The notes below the pieces were generated by a model. It saw only the letters and a list, made by a program, of their open reading frames with translations. It did no database searches and was not told where the DNA came from. From Gracilinanus agilis (taxonomy: Eukaryota), in contig NC_058135.1 of NCBI RefSeq assembly GCF_016433145.1, positions 198,454,857-198,518,856 on the forward strand: 64,000 bases of DNA. Direction: 5' to 3'. The translations under genes and the position numbers were made by a program. Shown here piece after piece: positions 63,841-64,000 of this stretch. How positions within the stretch are numbered: position 1 is the first letter of the stretch; each line of letters opens with the position of its first letter.

Positions 63841-64000
63841 TGCCTATAACCACGTTAGGTATGGTTCATGTGATTGCTGATTTTGCTAAACTTTTTTCTT
63901 TCTTTGTTATAAGAAATTGCTCATTGGACAAGGTAGAAAGAGGAACAGTGGGGTAGGGGTACGGTGGCACCATGTTTATTTACAAATGACTTGTGTGAAT

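Noticed and set aside
1-64000. CRISPR arrays, operons or prokaryotic/viral defence-type systems
   Set aside because: The sequence is mammalian repeat-rich DNA with no regularly spaced repeats and no long ORFs (maximum 161 aa)

Overview
AT-rich, strongly CpG-depleted, repeat-dense vertebrate DNA. It is almost certainly marsupial, most likely the opossum Monodelphis domestica, judged from two near-identical young SINE1_Mdo-type copies plus MAR1/MIR CORE-SINEs and marsupial-type L1 3' ends. I recognise no intact protein-coding gene, RNA gene or CRISPR array; the window looks intronic or intergenic. Most listed ORFs are chance ORFs or derive from repeats and microsatellites. Well-supported items: (1) a decayed RPL14 processed pseudogene (~20133-20515, +); (2) a fossil R4/Dong-clade non-LTR retrotransposon 3' end with recognisable CCHC knuckle and restriction-like endonuclease remnants (~59380-60095, +; probably the ancient Mam_R4 family); (3) a solo ERV LTR with a 4-bp TSD (14597-15019); (4) a hAT-Charlie MITE with a perfect 8-bp TSD (15491-15680); (5) many L1/L2/CR1/SINE fragments; (6) an ungapped 157-bp local duplication; (7) a 233-bp duplication around a single N that is probably an assembly artefact. 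More speculative are several minus-strand exon-like segments with good splice sites, including a candidate recursive-splicing AG|GT exon at 49623-49644, and a CpG-retaining block at 28-29 kb. These could belong to an unidentified long gene or lncRNA, or be pseudo-exons. I found no convincing evidence of a new biological system. Repeat boundaries were estimated by eye and family names come from recalled consensus motifs, not a database search.
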